The notes under the pieces: model-generated
The model's database searches: none
Told to the model about the DNA's origin: nothing
What the model saw: only the letters and a program-made list of their open reading frames with translations
Made by a program: the position numbers and the translations under genes
Origin: Candidatus Marinacidobacterales bacterium
Lineage (GTDB): Bacteria; Acidobacteriota; Vicinamibacteria; Marinacidobacterales; DATDRI01
Direction: 5' to 3'
Assembly (NCBI GenBank): GCA_965219415.1
Contig: CBDCNP010000002.1
Location: 5,248,001-5,312,000 of the forward strand
Length of the DNA stretch: 64,000 nt
Shown: positions 22,954 to 34,376 of the stretch, piece after piece
How the letters are laid out: every line of letters starts with the position of its first letter
Position numbering within the stretch: the stretch's first letter is position 1

Positions 22954-24207
22954 GTGGCGCGAGCAAGGACGGTGGCCAGCGAGCTACGATGTCACGGCAA
23001 GCAGGAAGGCACGCGTCAGATGATCGAACTCGTGCAGCTTGGACGCCGACACGGTTACGACCAGCTAAGAGATACGTTGCGTGTGGCGCTTGAGATCGGC
23101 TGTATCGATGCAGACGCGATTCGGCACCTTGTCGAGTCTCCATCGCTTTCGCGCGCGGCATCGTCAGAGCTAGTCCAATCTCAACTCGGTGAGCTGGCGC
23201 GCTACGAACGTCCTCTACCTCACGTGGGTCACTACGACCGACTCGTGGATGAGCAGGCACACGAGGTGAGTCGATGAGACAACCCCGTCGAGATTCAGAC
23301 GATCCAGCAGCATTGCAAGACGCTTCGGATGCCAACGGTGTCAGCTCAGTTCCACAAGCTCGCAGAACAAGCTAGCCGCGAAAAACAAACCCACGTGGGT
23401 TATCTGGAGGTTCTGCTCAGCTCTGAAGTCGAAGAGCGAGAACACCGAACGGTTCAGAGACGGCTGAAGGAAGCACAGCTGCCGAGAGCGAAGACGCTCG
23501 ACGAGTTCGACTTCTCGCTGTCACCGAAGCTGTCCGCTCAGCGAATCCGCCAACTCACTGAGGGTAGATACCTCGAGCGGGCAGAGCCGGTGATTTTTTC
23601 TCGGCGATGCCGGCACTGGCAAAACCCATCTCGCCACCGCGCTGTGTGTAGAGGCCTGCCAGCAGCGTCGTCGAGTACGGTTCACGACCGCGTCGAGGCT
23701 CGTCAACGAACTCGTCGAGGCCAAGGAGGAGCTCCAGCTTTCTAAGGCTATTCGCAAGCACGCCCGCTTCGAACTGCTGTGCATCGACGAACTCGGCTAC
23801 GTACCGCTCGCCGAGGTCGGTGCCGAACTGTTGTTTCAGGTCGTCTCCGAACGATGTGAGCGCGCCGCGACCGTCATCACCACTAACTTGCCGTTCTCGG
23901 AATGGACGCAAGTGTTCACAAACGCCCGGCTGTGCAAAGCGCTACTGGACCGGCTCACCGACCAGGCTCACATCCTCGAAACCGGTACCGAGTCCTATCG
24001 CTTCCGTCGCTCGCTCAAAACCCGGAAAAAGACGGCAACATCATGACAGAACACGCTTTGCTCCGGTTTCACTCGAGGCGGCCTTCAACTTAGCTCCGGC
24101 CGCAACAGAGGAAAGGGGCACTTATTACTTCTCTTCGTGTGTAATCAATAACTTAGGGTGGACCAAATGAAATGATCAAAGTGGGCCAGACCGGGTGGAC
24201 AAAAACA
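22954..24207 (+). mobile_element. istB: IS21-family remnant: istA C-terminus, frameshifted istB, right end
   Basis: [39 protein letters not shown]; end repeats GTGGACCAAA/GTGGGCCAGA...ACA. Confidence 0.85.
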
Positions 24208-24461
24208 AAAAGGACCGCAGGGCAGAACAACCGCTGAAGGCATGGTATGCGATCGCAGCGAAAGCCGAGTGGTCCTCTCCGGCGGACGTAAAGGCTGTTT
24301 ATGGAAATGCCAGCATCGTTGGAAACGACCGGGTTGTATTTAATATCGGTGGGAACAGGTATCGGCTTGTCGTCCGTTTCGACTATGCGAGCCGGATCGG
24401 ATTCGTGCGTTTCGTGGGAACGCACGCCGAATACGATGCGGTCGATGCATCCAATGCCTAG
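24195..24461 (+). pseudogene. higB: HigB-type toxin, N-terminus replaced by the IS21 end
   Basis: W.SPADVK..YGNASIVGNDRVVFNIGGNRYRLVV...FVGTHAEYD. Confidence 0.85.
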
Positions 24462-24470
24462 GAGTGCAAC

Positions 24471-24845
24471 ATGAACATCAAACCGATCAAGAGCGAAGCC
24501 GACTACGACGCCGCGTTAACCGCGATCGACGGCCTGATGGGCGCCGCGCCGGACACGCCCGAAAGCGACAAACTTGAGGTTCTCGTTACCCTTGTAGAAG
24601 CTTACGAAGCCGAGCGCTGGCCGATAGAGGCACCGGCTCCGATCTCGGCGATTGAGCACGTCATGGAGGCCCGTGGCCTGCGCCAGAAAGACTTCGGAGC
24701 GCTGATTGGCTCCCAGCCACGTGCTTCAGAAGTGCTCAACCGACAGCGCCCGCTCACTCTGCCGATGATCCGAGCCCTGTCGATCGGATGGAACCTTCCT
24801 GCCGACGTGCTTGTACGCGAGTACGACCTCGCGAACACGACATAA
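24471..24845 (+). CDS. higA: HigA-type HTH antitoxin
   Basis: IKPIKSEADYDAAL, LEVLVTLVEAYE, GLRQKD..IGS..RASEVLN..RPLTL.MIR.L. Confidence 0.9.
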   Translation: MNIKPIKSEADYDAALTAIDGLMGAAPDTPESDKLEVLVTLVEAYEAERWPIEAPAPISAIEHVMEARGLRQKDFGALIGSQPRASEVLNRQRPLTLPMIRALSIGWNLPADVLVREYDLANTT

Positions 24846-24864
24846 CATATAGGAACCAACTACC

Positions 24865-25025
24865 TGTGTTCCGCAAAAACTCGATCCGTCGTTGATTCCG
24901 CAGTTTAGAGCTGCAAGGATTGGCCGTTTCGCGACGAACGGATGAGGTGATCCGACGTCATTGTAAACGTCGAAAGGTTCGCTCTTGCGGTCTATTTCAA
25001 AAGGGCCGAATTTTGGCACAGGACG
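24865..25025. mobile_element. 161-bp hybrid MITE (type B end plus type D end)
   Basis: TGTGTTCCGCAAAAACTC ... GAATTTTGGCACAGGACG. Confidence 0.7.
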
Positions 25026-25105
25026 GGTGTCTGACGTTCCTCTGCACGTCGACATCATCATCAATAAGGGCCGATGGCGTTCGCCGACACAGCGCAGGCC
25101 AAGAG

Positions 25106-26477
25106 GAGCTACCCTCAGAAGGTGTGGAAATAAAGTAAAGGCGGAGTAACCTTCCGCGTCACGAAACACGGCGTGAAGGGGCCAACGGAAGGAGACACCG
25201 CCATGAAGGAAAAGACCACAAGACGACGGAGCTCGTCAAGGGTGGCTTGGGAGTCGCTGGAGAAGTGGGCGAGGCTCGAGATCCAGGATTGGGTGCAGGA
25301 GCTGATGGTAGCCGAAGTCACGGAGCTTCTCGGGCGTGAGAAATCGGAGAGACGGAAGCCCGTGGACACAACGGCGGGCTATCGAAATGGATACGGTAAG
25401 CCTCGGAAGCTGACGATGAGCGTGGGCACGGTGACGGTTCGCCGGCCGAGAGTAGGGGACGTGGAGGAGAGGTTCGAAAGTCGAGTGCTTCCGCTGTTCA
25501 AGCGTCGGAGCGAAACGGTGAGCGAGTTGATTCCGGAGCTGTACCTGCATGGACTAGCTCACGGAGATTTCGATTTGGCGCTCCGCGGGCTTCTAGGGGA
25601 GGACGCTCCACTTTCTCCCAGCACGGTGTCGCGGCTGAAACAGAAATGGCAGGGAGAGTACGAGCAGTGGCTAGCTCGCCCACTGGACGAACTCGAGCTC
25701 GTGTCCCTGTGGGTAGATGGCGTGTACGTGAAGGCCGGCCTTGAGAAGGACAAGGCGGCGGTGCTAGTTGCGGTTGGTGGCCTGTCCGACGGGACGAAAA
25801 TCGTCCTGACGCTGGAGGCCGGGCATCGAGAATCCGAAGCGTCATGGTCGTCGCTGCTACGGAGACTGAAGAAGCGCGGTCTGAGATGTCCCCGTTTGGT
25901 GATCGGTGACGGTCATCTCGGCATCTGGGCCGCGACCCGAAACGTATTTCCAGAAGCTGAGGAGCAGCGGTGCTGGAACCACCGAATCCTCAACGTACTG
26001 GACCGGATTCCGAAAAGGGACCAGGCGCAGGCCAAGCCGCTGTTGACGGCGACCCCCTACCCCACCAGCCTGCAGGAGTGCGAGACGAAGAAGGCCAAGT
26101 TCCAGGATTGGTGCTTGCGCAAGGGTCTTCCGGGGGCCGCGCACGTGCTCGACGAGGACTGGGAGCGGATGGTCAGCTTCTATTCCTTTCCCAAGCCTCA
26201 CTGGCAACACCTTCGCACGAGCAACGTCGTGGAATCACCGTTCGCTGCACTGAGATTGAGAACGGATGCGGCCAAAAGGTTCAAGAAAATCGAGTCCGCC
26301 ACTGCGACAATCTTCAAACTGCTTCTGGTTGCGGAGAAGAATTTTCGCCGGCTCAACGCACCGGAGCTGATGCGAGAGGTTCACCTGGGCGTTCGATTTG
26401 AAGATGGAGACAGGGTAACGGAGTCGTCGAAGGTTGCTGCTGCCTGAATTTTTTTACACACCTATTGACAAGAGCTC
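25106..26477 (+). mobile_element. Complete IS256-family element with 8-bp TSD
   Basis: Imperfect TIRs starting GAGCT; GCCAAGAG on both sides (25098-25105, 26478-26485). Confidence 0.93.
25203..26447 (+). CDS. IS256-family transposase (intact)
   Basis: GYRNGYG, LWVDGVY, IGDGHLGIW, EQRCWNH, LRTSNVVESPFA. Confidence 0.93.
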   Translation: MKEKTTRRRSSSRVAWESLEKWARLEIQDWVQELMVAEVTELLGREKSERRKPVDTTAGYRNGYGKPRKLTMSVGTVTVRRPRVGDVEERFESRVLPLFKRRSETVSELIPELYLHGLAHGDFDLALRGLLGEDAPLSPSTVSRLKQKWQGEYEQWLARPLDELELVSLWVDGVYVKAGLEKDKAAVLVAVGGLSDGTKIVLTLEAGHRESEASWSSLLRRLKKRGLRCPRLVIGDGHLGIWAATRNVFPEAEEQRCWNHRILNVLDRIPKRDQAQAKPLLTATPYPTSLQECETKKAKFQDWCLRKGLPGAAHVLDEDWERMVSFYSFPKPHWQHLRTSNVVESPFAALRLRTDAAKRFKKIESATATIFKLLLVAEKNFRRLNAPELMREVHLGVRFEDGDRVTESSKVAAA

Positions 26478-26910
26478 GCCAAGAGCGAGCGTGGCCGACG
26501 CCGCGGGTTGGTTTACAGCGTGGTCTGCCTTAAAACGTTGCGATGAGGGCGCGCTGCTTTTCCCAATCGTCGGGAAACGGATGATGCAAGAGGTAGCTCG
26601 AGGTCAGCCCAACGGGCTGGAGACCGTCGACAATTTCTACCATCGGGAAGCCGCATGAGTATTTTGACCAGACGGCATTGACCTCGGCTCGCGGCCCATC
26701 GAATCCTCGCTTCGCGCAGATCCGGTCATCGACCCTCCACAGGCCGACGTCGAGCTCGACGTACTATTTGCACCATACGGGTGATGTGCTCGATATCCTC
26801 GTCCAGCCTCGCCGTGCTCGGAAAGCCCCAAAGACACTAGGCTCGAGCCCGTCGTGAACCCGCCATGTCGGGCATCAAGAACGGCTGCAGCCTCAACTTG
26901 ACAGTACCTC

Positions 26911-27187
26911 TCACGACGCTTCGGCCGCCGATTCCGTCTGCATGACGGGAATGACGATCCCGGATGTCATCACCACGACCAGTCCTCGCTTGGTTTTGGT
27001 CATGTCAAGGTAGGCGCGAACCTGGGAACAATAATGGTCGAGGGTCTCGGGTGCAGGGTCGACATCGCTCTTCCAGTCGATCACTACCTGCGGCGCACCG
27101 TGAGAATCGAATGCGATCGCATCGGCGATGCCTGCCATCACCCTCTCATGCGTGTCTGTCAAGGTGGAGGCATAGACCGGAAACTCC
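26911..27187 (-). pseudogene. C-terminal PD-(D/E)XK nuclease domain of a UvrD/AddA-like protein
   Basis: EFPVY...GIADA...VVIDWKSD...Y..Q..AY; cut by MITE. Confidence 0.7.
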
Positions 27188-27353
27188 GGTGCTTGCGCTG
27201 TTTGCTGTTGGTGATGTGTACGTATCCCTTTGCAAAAGAAGCGCTTACGCTCCATTTAGCGCGCGGCGATGGTCGCGAGCGCTATTTTGGCTGTAATTTA
27301 ATGCAGCGTAAAGTCTTAGCGTCATCTCACCAACACTTAATGGCGGAAGCACC
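27188..27353 (-). mobile_element. IS1-type MITE, copy 4
   Basis: Reverse-complement copy of 9554-9719. Confidence 0.9.
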
Positions 27354-27360
27354 TGTTGTT

Positions 27361-28707
27361 TTAGAAATCGTACCGCATCGAGAGGCTCACGCTAACGAAC
27401 GAAAGAGGATCGCCGGTTCGAATGCGGAACGTTGCCGGCTCGCTGCCGTCGCGACGCAGTTCCGATGCGTGGCTCCGCAGACGCTCCCACTCAATGTCGG
27501 CGGCGGCGAACCGTCCAAAGCCGACCCAGCGGGCCTTGATACCGAGTGACACCCTTTTCGACATGGCGTGGTCGACGCCGACCAGCACCTGGTACCCAGC
27601 TAGCTTATCACGCAGCTCCGCCTGCTTGCTGGTGGTGGTGCCGGCAAGGTTTCGGCGAATTTCCTCCTCGTTCGGCAGACCAGCGGCCGTACCGATGGCG
27701 TCAGGGTCGGGGTTCCGCGCCCACAGGTCGCCGTAATCCAGCTCGGTCAGCCCGATGCCGATTCCCACTCCAACGTACGGTGTCAGACGAGTCCGGCCTG
27801 GGAAGTCGACGTACACGTTGGCGAAGACGTTCTGCGACGAGATGCTACCGATTCGGTCCTCGGCGCGCTGGATCTCTCCGCCCAGCTTCGCGAAAGTGTC
27901 GCCGGTCGCGCTCGTCACCGGCGAGGTCTGGTCGTACTCGGACTCCCGATAGAACCACTCCACCTCGACCCGCAGCTGCGGACCGAACCGGTAGCCGGCC
28001 GCCAGCCCCGCGAACATCCCCTCGGCGCGGTCGTATGTGGTCTTCCAACCGGCGCCCGATCCGCGGTTGGGATCGGTGCAGCCGGGGACCTCCGCGAAAC
28101 GGGGGTTGATGAACTCATCACAGCGGCTGGCCCGGTCGTTGCTGTTACCGAGCAACGCTATCAACGGGGCCCAGTTGAGCCCGACCTGCTGGCTCATGTA
28201 GAAGCCCTTCTGGTCGCGCGCGAGATTGCGTAGACTAGCCGGCCGCACGAGCGTCGCCGCGTCACTGATCGGGTGCGTGGCAACGTTGAATGATGTGACC
28301 AGAGTCCGCATCTGAGCGCGGCTCCCGATAGCCACGACCTGCTCCTCGATCCCGACCTTCATTTCGACATCGAGGGTGGTCGTGCCACCGGGCCTGATTT
28401 CCACACCCGCGCGCACGACCTCATTGAACCCAGGTAGCGTGAAGGTCACATCGTAAGGGCCGGGCTCAAGCGCGCTCAGCGTGAACATGCCGGTACGGTC
28501 GGTCAAGGCCGTCTGGACCGGCGCAACAGCCCCCGCGGGCCGCGCCTCCACGACGACGCCGGTCAGCGCGAGACCCGTCGCATCGGTCACCGTTCCAGAC
28601 AGCTCCGCGGCCTGTATACTTGCCACGCCGGATGCTGGCGCCAGGGCGACCAGCACTACAGCCGCGGCTACAAGAACATCTGCCGAGCGCCGTGCCTTGC
28701 TGTACAT
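27361..28707 (-). CDS. Chimeric outer-membrane protein: carboxypeptidase-regulatory domain, TonB-plug stub and small beta-barrel
   Basis: Signal peptide, SGTVTDATG..L.GV.V, PISDAATLVRPASLRNL, LRVEVE, LTPYVGVGIG, C-terminal YDF. Confidence 0.7.
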   Translation of the reverse strand: MYSKARRSADVLVAAAVVLVALAPASGVASIQAAELSGTVTDATGLALTGVVVEARPAGAVAPVQTALTDRTGMFTLSALEPGPYDVTFTLPGFNEVVRAGVEIRPGGTTTLDVEMKVGIEEQVVAIGSRAQMRTLVTSFNVATHPISDAATLVRPASLRNLARDQKGFYMSQQVGLNWAPLIALLGNSNDRASRCDEFINPRFAEVPGCTDPNRGSGAGWKTTYDRAEGMFAGLAAGYRFGPQLRVEVEWFYRESEYDQTSPVTSATGDTFAKLGGEIQRAEDRIGSISSQNVFANVYVDFPGRTRLTPYVGVGIGIGLTELDYGDLWARNPDPDAIGTAAGLPNEEEIRRNLAGTTTSKQAELRDKLAGYQVLVGVDHAMSKRVSLGIKARWVGFGRFAAADIEWERLRSHASELRRDGSEPATFRIRTGDPLSFVSVSLSMRYDF

Positions 28708-28778
28708 TTGCGAGTGTCTCTGTACTCAGTATCCTATATCAACAGTGTCCGAACTTGGACAAGGGGTGCTTCCGCCCG

Positions 28779-29260
28779 GTAGGGTCGAGGGCTGGCGCGG
28801 TGCTCCGTAGGCGCGGCCTATCTGTTTCCCCCCGTTTCCTGTGGGAGTGCCTCACTAGCCACACCGTAAGTCCGTTTCCAGCCCCCGCCACATTGCACGC
28901 AGCGTGCGGCTTTCCCGCACTACGCGCTCCTGCACACTTCCCGAGAAGGGTTATGTGACCTATCGAGCCGGGGCGTCTTTCGGCGAAGCTACGAGATATC
29001 GAACTCGGGGTAATCTGTGAACACTCCGAGAGTCGCGTACATCCATCGCCTACTCCTTCGCTTCCAGCCGAAATCTTGGCGCAAGAAGCGCCAAAACTTC
29101 TCGGCCTTCGCCTTGACGTATATCCTTCATCTCAGCTTCTGCAGAGTGATGGGTGATTTTGTCATCTCACCCCTGCCTCGCTTGTTGACGAAGGAGTTGT
29201 GTGCAGCAGGGACCCTTTGCTCCACGGGCGTTGCCCCGTTTCAACGCTACTACGGACCCA
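28779..29260 (-). ncRNA. Group II intron remnant (partial 5' domains, deleted RT ORF, DV-DVI, 3' end)
   Basis: DV-like GAGCGCGTAGTGCGGGAAAGCCGCACGCTGCGTGC; 3' end CCAGCCCTCGACCCTAC; ORF remnant 28989-29165. Confidence 0.88.
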
Positions 29261-29579
29261 GAGGTGATCCGACGTCATTGTAAACGTCGAAAGGTTCGCT
29301 CTCGCGGTCTATTTCAAAAGGGCCGAGTTTTGGCACAGGACGGGGTTGGATTGCCGCCGCCTTCGGGGTCATCTCCGTTCGGTGATCCTTTGGTCGACAT
29401 CTATGCCTGTTTTGGTGTGATTTCCCCAATTAAACTGTCGGTTTCCAGTTTGCTCAACACGGTCAGCCTCTACGACGAGCTACCAGCGCACGGTGGCCCA
29501 ACCCAGCACCCTTTGCCCGACCTCGCCGCTAGAGCCTCCGCCCACGAATATCATGTTCTCGCGGCGCTCGGCATCGACC

Positions 29580-29868
29580 CGTCTGGTCAAAATACTCGAA
29601 CGCCCAGCTGACCTCACATCTCAGGATCCGTGGATGAGGAGTTGCTCCTGCGCAACGAGTATCTTGTGGCCGAGAATCGAGTTCTTCAAAATCAGATCCA
29701 GGGTCGTTTGCACCTGACCGATGGCGAACGGCGGTCTTTGGCCGAGCTCGGCAAGCGTCTGTAGCGAGCAGTTACATCAGTCCGAGCGCAAGGTGCGCTC
29801 CCGTGAACGGCTTGGCGGGTTGCTCCATTTCTACCATCAGGAAGCCACATGAGTATTTTGACCTCATG
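29580..29868 (+). mobile_element. 289-bp internally deleted rve element (type C ends)
   Basis: Both TIRs; interior GSVDEELLLRNEYLVAENRVL..RL.LTDGERRSLAELGKRL. Confidence 0.8.
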
Positions 29869-29951
29869 GGTCGCCATCGCTGGTTGGGTCCAGCGTGACC
29901 AACAGGAATGCCTCTAGCAGTGTAGAGGCACCTGATGGCAGAAGCACCCTC

Positions 29952-30878
29952 TTATCCGGTGAGCCGGGCGAGGTTGCCGCCGAGGATTTGCCCGGCTTGC
30001 TCGCTCGAGATATCGAGCTTCCTGAGTGCGTCGACTTGCCTCTCAAGCTGCTCCTTTTGAAAGCCTCGCGGAAAAAAACTCGAGTCCGAGCCGTAGAGAA
30101 TGCGATCGGAACCCATCACATCGAGAGAGCGCCCGAAAACCTCCTCAAGCGTTAACGGCTGGGGCAGTTTCGAGATCCACGAGTTGGAGCTGGAGCTATC
30201 CGTATAGACGTTCTCACACTCGCTCGCCACGAGAAGAAGCTCGCGGAAGAATCCGCTACCGAAGTGTGGTACGACGAAAGGAACATCTTTGAGCCGGCGC
30301 GCCACACCGGAGATGTCGAGGGGGTTTGCGAAGCGGACATCGAAGGAGCTCCGGAGACCAAGCTTGTCGCGGACACCGACTTTGAGCAGGCCGCAGTGAA
30401 CGAAGACCAGGCCCCCGCTGTCCGCAACGACGTTAAGGATCGGCTTGAGCTCCTGCTCCCAGAGGTGAAAGTGGTGCATCGAGGGAAATAAACAGAGACC
30501 CTTCATGCCAAGCTCACGGAATGCTCGCTCGGTTCTATCGAGCGCGTCCGGCGCTTTGGGATTCAGCATGAAGTAGGGAATGAAACGGTCGGGGTGTGCG
30601 CTCACCGCCGCCGCAACCGAGTCCTCGTCCCCCGGCACGCTCGCGATTAGCACCGTTCTGGCGATGCTGTGCCGATCGAGCTCTTCGACCCAGCGCCCCG
30701 CAAGCTCGGCATGTTCGCGTGGGGGAAAGTCGAAGGCGAGTTTTTCCCCAAGAACAGCGTAGAGCTGGTCTTCGGCAGGGGGCTCAGCCAAACCTTTCGC
30801 TAGAGTGACAAAGAAAGTGTGTGAAAAGAAATGCGCGTGAGCGTCGATGACTTCGATGTCGCCCCAGGCTGTTTTCAT
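29952..30878 (-). CDS. Amidohydrolase_2 family protein
   Basis: IDAHAH, VFVHCG, VVPHFG, NVYTDSS, ILYGSDS, ILGGNLARL. Confidence 0.9.
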   Translation of the reverse strand: MKTAWGDIEVIDAHAHFFSHTFFVTLAKGLAEPPAEDQLYAVLGEKLAFDFPPREHAELAGRWVEELDRHSIARTVLIASVPGDEDSVAAAVSAHPDRFIPYFMLNPKAPDALDRTERAFRELGMKGLCLFPSMHHFHLWEQELKPILNVVADSGGLVFVHCGLLKVGVRDKLGLRSSFDVRFANPLDISGVARRLKDVPFVVPHFGSGFFRELLLVASECENVYTDSSSSNSWISKLPQPLTLEEVFGRSLDVMGSDRILYGSDSSFFPRGFQKEQLERQVDALRKLDISSEQAGQILGGNLARLTG

Positions 30879-30934
30879 CGTCGTGAATTCCTCGGATACA
30901 AGCCGCGAATTGGAAGTGATTCTACAACGATATA

Positions 30935-32102
30935 CCCCGTCCTGTGCCAAAATTTGATCCACTTGCAACGTTACAAGCGAACAGTTGACGCGGCGTGGGC
31001 GGTGAGGTCCGCGACAACCATTGAGCAGAGCTACTCTTTGGGCGAGTCGTCACCATGCAGATGACCACCTAGTCGAGAGCGAATATCCAAGCGTGTTCCT
31101 GAAGCGGTTTCCACGCTACGCCGGTCGAGCCCGCCGAGGGGCTACCGTCGCCGGCGACCATCTACGCGGCACGGCAGTAGTAGTTGAGAATGCCCAAAAG
31201 TCGCTCTCGCGACACGATGGGGCTAGTGTCATTCGCGCTTGCCGGCAGAGGTGTGATGAGCTCGTTGCCGAGACCTTGGTGGTTCCGTTCTGTGTGATAG
31301 TGCACTACGTATTCGGTTACCGCTGTGCGCAGGTGTCGCTCACTGAGAGGTACGAAGCGGTCGAGACACTCTCGACGTATGGAGAGAACGAATCTTTCCG
31401 CATATGCGTTCAGATTCGGACTATTAGCGGGAAGGCGAAGGGGCTTCACGCCTGAATCTCTCAACAGCCCACGTACCGCCTCGGTGAATAGCGGGTCCCG
31501 GTCGTGGATGAGGTATCGCTTGCCAAGGAGGAAACCATCCCACAGGTCAGTGAGGTTTCTTGCCACCTGCTTCATCCACTCCCCGTTGGGGTCCGACGTT
31601 ATCCCACCGATGCACACGCAGCGAGTGGCGATATCGATGACAAACAGGACATGGTAGCGGACGAGCCCGAACGGGTTCACCACCTCGACGGGGAACAGGT
31701 CTGTCGCAGCGATGACGCCCCAATGGGTACCAGCGCACAAGCGTAGCGGGTGTGGCAACGGACGCAATCTGGGCCAGCGCCTCGCGGCCCAAAGCCTGGG
31801 CCTTGACCGCGAGCCTGCGCCGGTCGTCGTCCGAGAGACTGAGACGCTTGCCCCGAAGCCCGGCTCGGAGCACACGGTTCTCCTCTTGCAGGTAGTCGAT
31901 CACATCCTGCTGCTGGCGGTTGACCCAGCCAGCCAGAACGAGCAGTAGGAATTGCACGTGGTACGTCATCATGGATCTGAAGATAACACCCTCGGGCCAG
32001 ACGATTGTAAAGCCTACGGCCCTGGCCCCGGCGCAAACACAGACACTAAGCTGCTGATTTATGGCCTATTTCAAAAGGGCTGAGTTTTGACACAGGACGG
32101 GG
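30935..32102 (-). mobile_element. rve-family element with both type D TIRs, internally deleted transposase (31162-31972)
   Basis: TIR CCCCGTCCTGTGYCAAAAYT at both ends; [26 protein letters not shown]. Confidence 0.88.
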
Positions 32103-32214
32103 TGGCGGCTTCGCCTTCTAGGCTACCCTGTTCCAATGCGGCATCGCAGGGACTGCCGGTCAAGTCGGTGCAGATCAGCCGTTCGAGGCCGCGTTCGCTG
32201 GTGTCGGTCGTCAC
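32103..32214 (-). pseudogene. hsdR: Type I RM HsdR N-terminal stub
   Basis: (M)TTDTSERGLERLIC..L start overlapping the hsdS stop; cut at element end. Confidence 0.6.
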
Positions 32215-33652
32215 ACCGTGGCCTCCTCCGTGGCGGCGTCGAGGTCGTCGCTGGGTTCTTCCTCGCCGTCCAATCAAGGCATCAGTCTCGTCGCGCGGCT
32301 CGGGCTCCTCGGCCTTGTCTGGTAGCCGCGCTGCAGCCTCCCGCACGTCGAGCTTACCCGTGACCACGTCGGCGATCAGGCGGGTGCGATATTCGCGAAG
32401 AAGGGCTATCTCAACCTCCGCGCGTTCCACCGCACGATCACTATTCGCCGTGGACTCATCCAAGAAGCGCAGTAGAAGCTCTTGTTCAGAAAGCGGAGGA
32501 AGGGGCACTGGCAGGTCAGCGTATCTGTTAGCTCCGATGTTTTGGATCGTGGCAATGATGAATGTGGCATCCTTCCACATGGTGAACCCCGCGCTTTGAG
32601 TGAACGCGAAGAAGAAGGCCGGGTGAAGGATCGAACGATTGGGCTGTGCTCGGATCAGGTAGCCAGCATGACACGCAACCCCGGCCTCCTTTTCTACCAA
32701 AAACGCCTTGCCCACAGTCGCCCCGCTTCGTGCGAGTAGAACGTCGCCTGGTTCCACAAGATAGTCCTTCGCTGTTTGCGGCGGGAGGGAACGGAACGTA
32801 TCTTTCCGCAGCGTCCCGTTCTTCGAGAAGTCAGTTATCCGCAGGTAACGGGGCCACGCCGGGTTGGTATGTTCTGCAGCAGTGTTGGCACCATAAGTCA
32901 GCTTCCCCTTGATCAGATAACGAAGCCGTCTCACCTGCCAGTGCTCCGGCACCTCTCCCAGCCACTCCACGCCGGAGGGCTTGTAGGCCGGGTAGGGCAG
33001 GCTGGTGCGGAACGTCGATCTGGCCGGTGACGGCTTGGTGGATGATGGCCTGCTTCTGCTCCTCCAGCAGCGTGATCAGCTTCTGCTTGGCGCGGATGTA
33101 GCGCCGGATGCGGCGATCCGCATGGTCGAGGTAGCGGGCGATGGCGGATTGTTCGGTGCGGGAGGGGTAGGGCAAGAGCGATCGAGAGAGCTTCTCGTAG
33201 TCGATGTTCTGCCCCTGACGGATACCGGTCACGGAGAGGGATAGGTTCTCGATGTAGGGCTTCGACTTGAATACATGGGTTAGATATGCGTGGTTGTCCT
33301 GTTCAACTGGATAGAGGATTGTGTAGGCGGGGCTGATAATCCCCTGCTCTCGCGCATATTCGATACCACCCTGGAAAGACCGAAGGCTGATGACGAAGTC
33401 ACTGACGCGCACCAGCTTGAGCAGGTGTAGATCCTTCAGAGCAAGCACCGTGCGGTTCTCGTATTGCTCCTTGCGAACGACACCTTTCGTTTGAGTCGCC
33501 GCGAGCAAGGGTTCATCGGGGAATCCCTTCTCACTTCGTTCGCGCAGAAGCGTCTTCGTCCGCCGGAACTCCCAGTGCTCCGGCACCTCCCCCAGCCACG
33601 GTACCCCAGAGTCCTTCATCGCGGGATAAGGCTTGAGGTAGGCGATCATCAC
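32211..33652 (-). pseudogene. hsdS: Type I RM specificity subunit HsdS (frameshifted)
   Basis: KDSGVPWLGEVPEHW twice, EQ.AIARYLD, PLPPLSEQ, LLREYRTRLIADVVTGKLDVR. Confidence 0.9.
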
Positions 33653-34376
33653 AGTGCCTGGAACCCAGTCTTGATCTTCTGCGCCATGAGCTTGCGGCGC
33701 TCTTCCAGGAAGTCATCGTAGGCGGGTATCTCGCCGTCGAGCAGCGACTCCGGCAGACAATGGACGCGCAAGTTCGCACGTAGGTCGTCCGCACTGGTAA
33801 TTCCGCCGTACTTCTTCTTGCCGCCGTTGCACTGGTCGGCGACCTCGCGGAAGTACTGCTCGGGCTGCTTGTCCTTGATGGCGATATTGATCTCGCTTTG
33901 GGCGAGCACGAAGTTGGCAATCTGGTTGTAGCGTCTACGCGGGAGGCCCTGCTCCTTCAGATACTGCTTCGGATAGACGTGATGCCGGTCGCTCCGGTTC
34001 ATCAGCAGATCGCGAACAGTGATGTCGCGCGAGAGGAACCCCTTGTCGCCCAGCTTCACCTGGGCGGCCTGATACGCCAGGAAGTACGGACTGTTAGACG
34101 ATGACGTATCCATGAGCTGGGGGAGCATCCCGGTCCAGAAACTTGCGGGTAGCTCATTCCCGATTATCGAGTCGGCGTAGGGAGCTAGGCCTCGTGCCTC
34201 GATCTGGCGGATGTCAGTGTCGAAGGCGGTTTCGGGGCTTCCGGCGTAGCGGCCCCGCAGGATTGCCATCGCATACCAACGTCGTACGAGCCGCTCCAGG
34301 TCCGCCGCCGGCATCTTTTCGGCTCGGCCGCGCAAGTAGATGATGTAGGAGAAGTTGACCGCATTACGCCCCCCGA
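33649..34376 (-). pseudogene. C-terminal part of a DUF262/GmrSD-like protein
   Basis: [25 protein letters not shown]....[17 protein letters not shown]; cut by IS1. Confidence 0.65.

Noticed and set aside
28989-29165. Retron or DGR reverse transcriptase system
   Set aside because: The only RT trace is a group II intron remnant lacking the catalytic core; no TR/VR pair tied to it.
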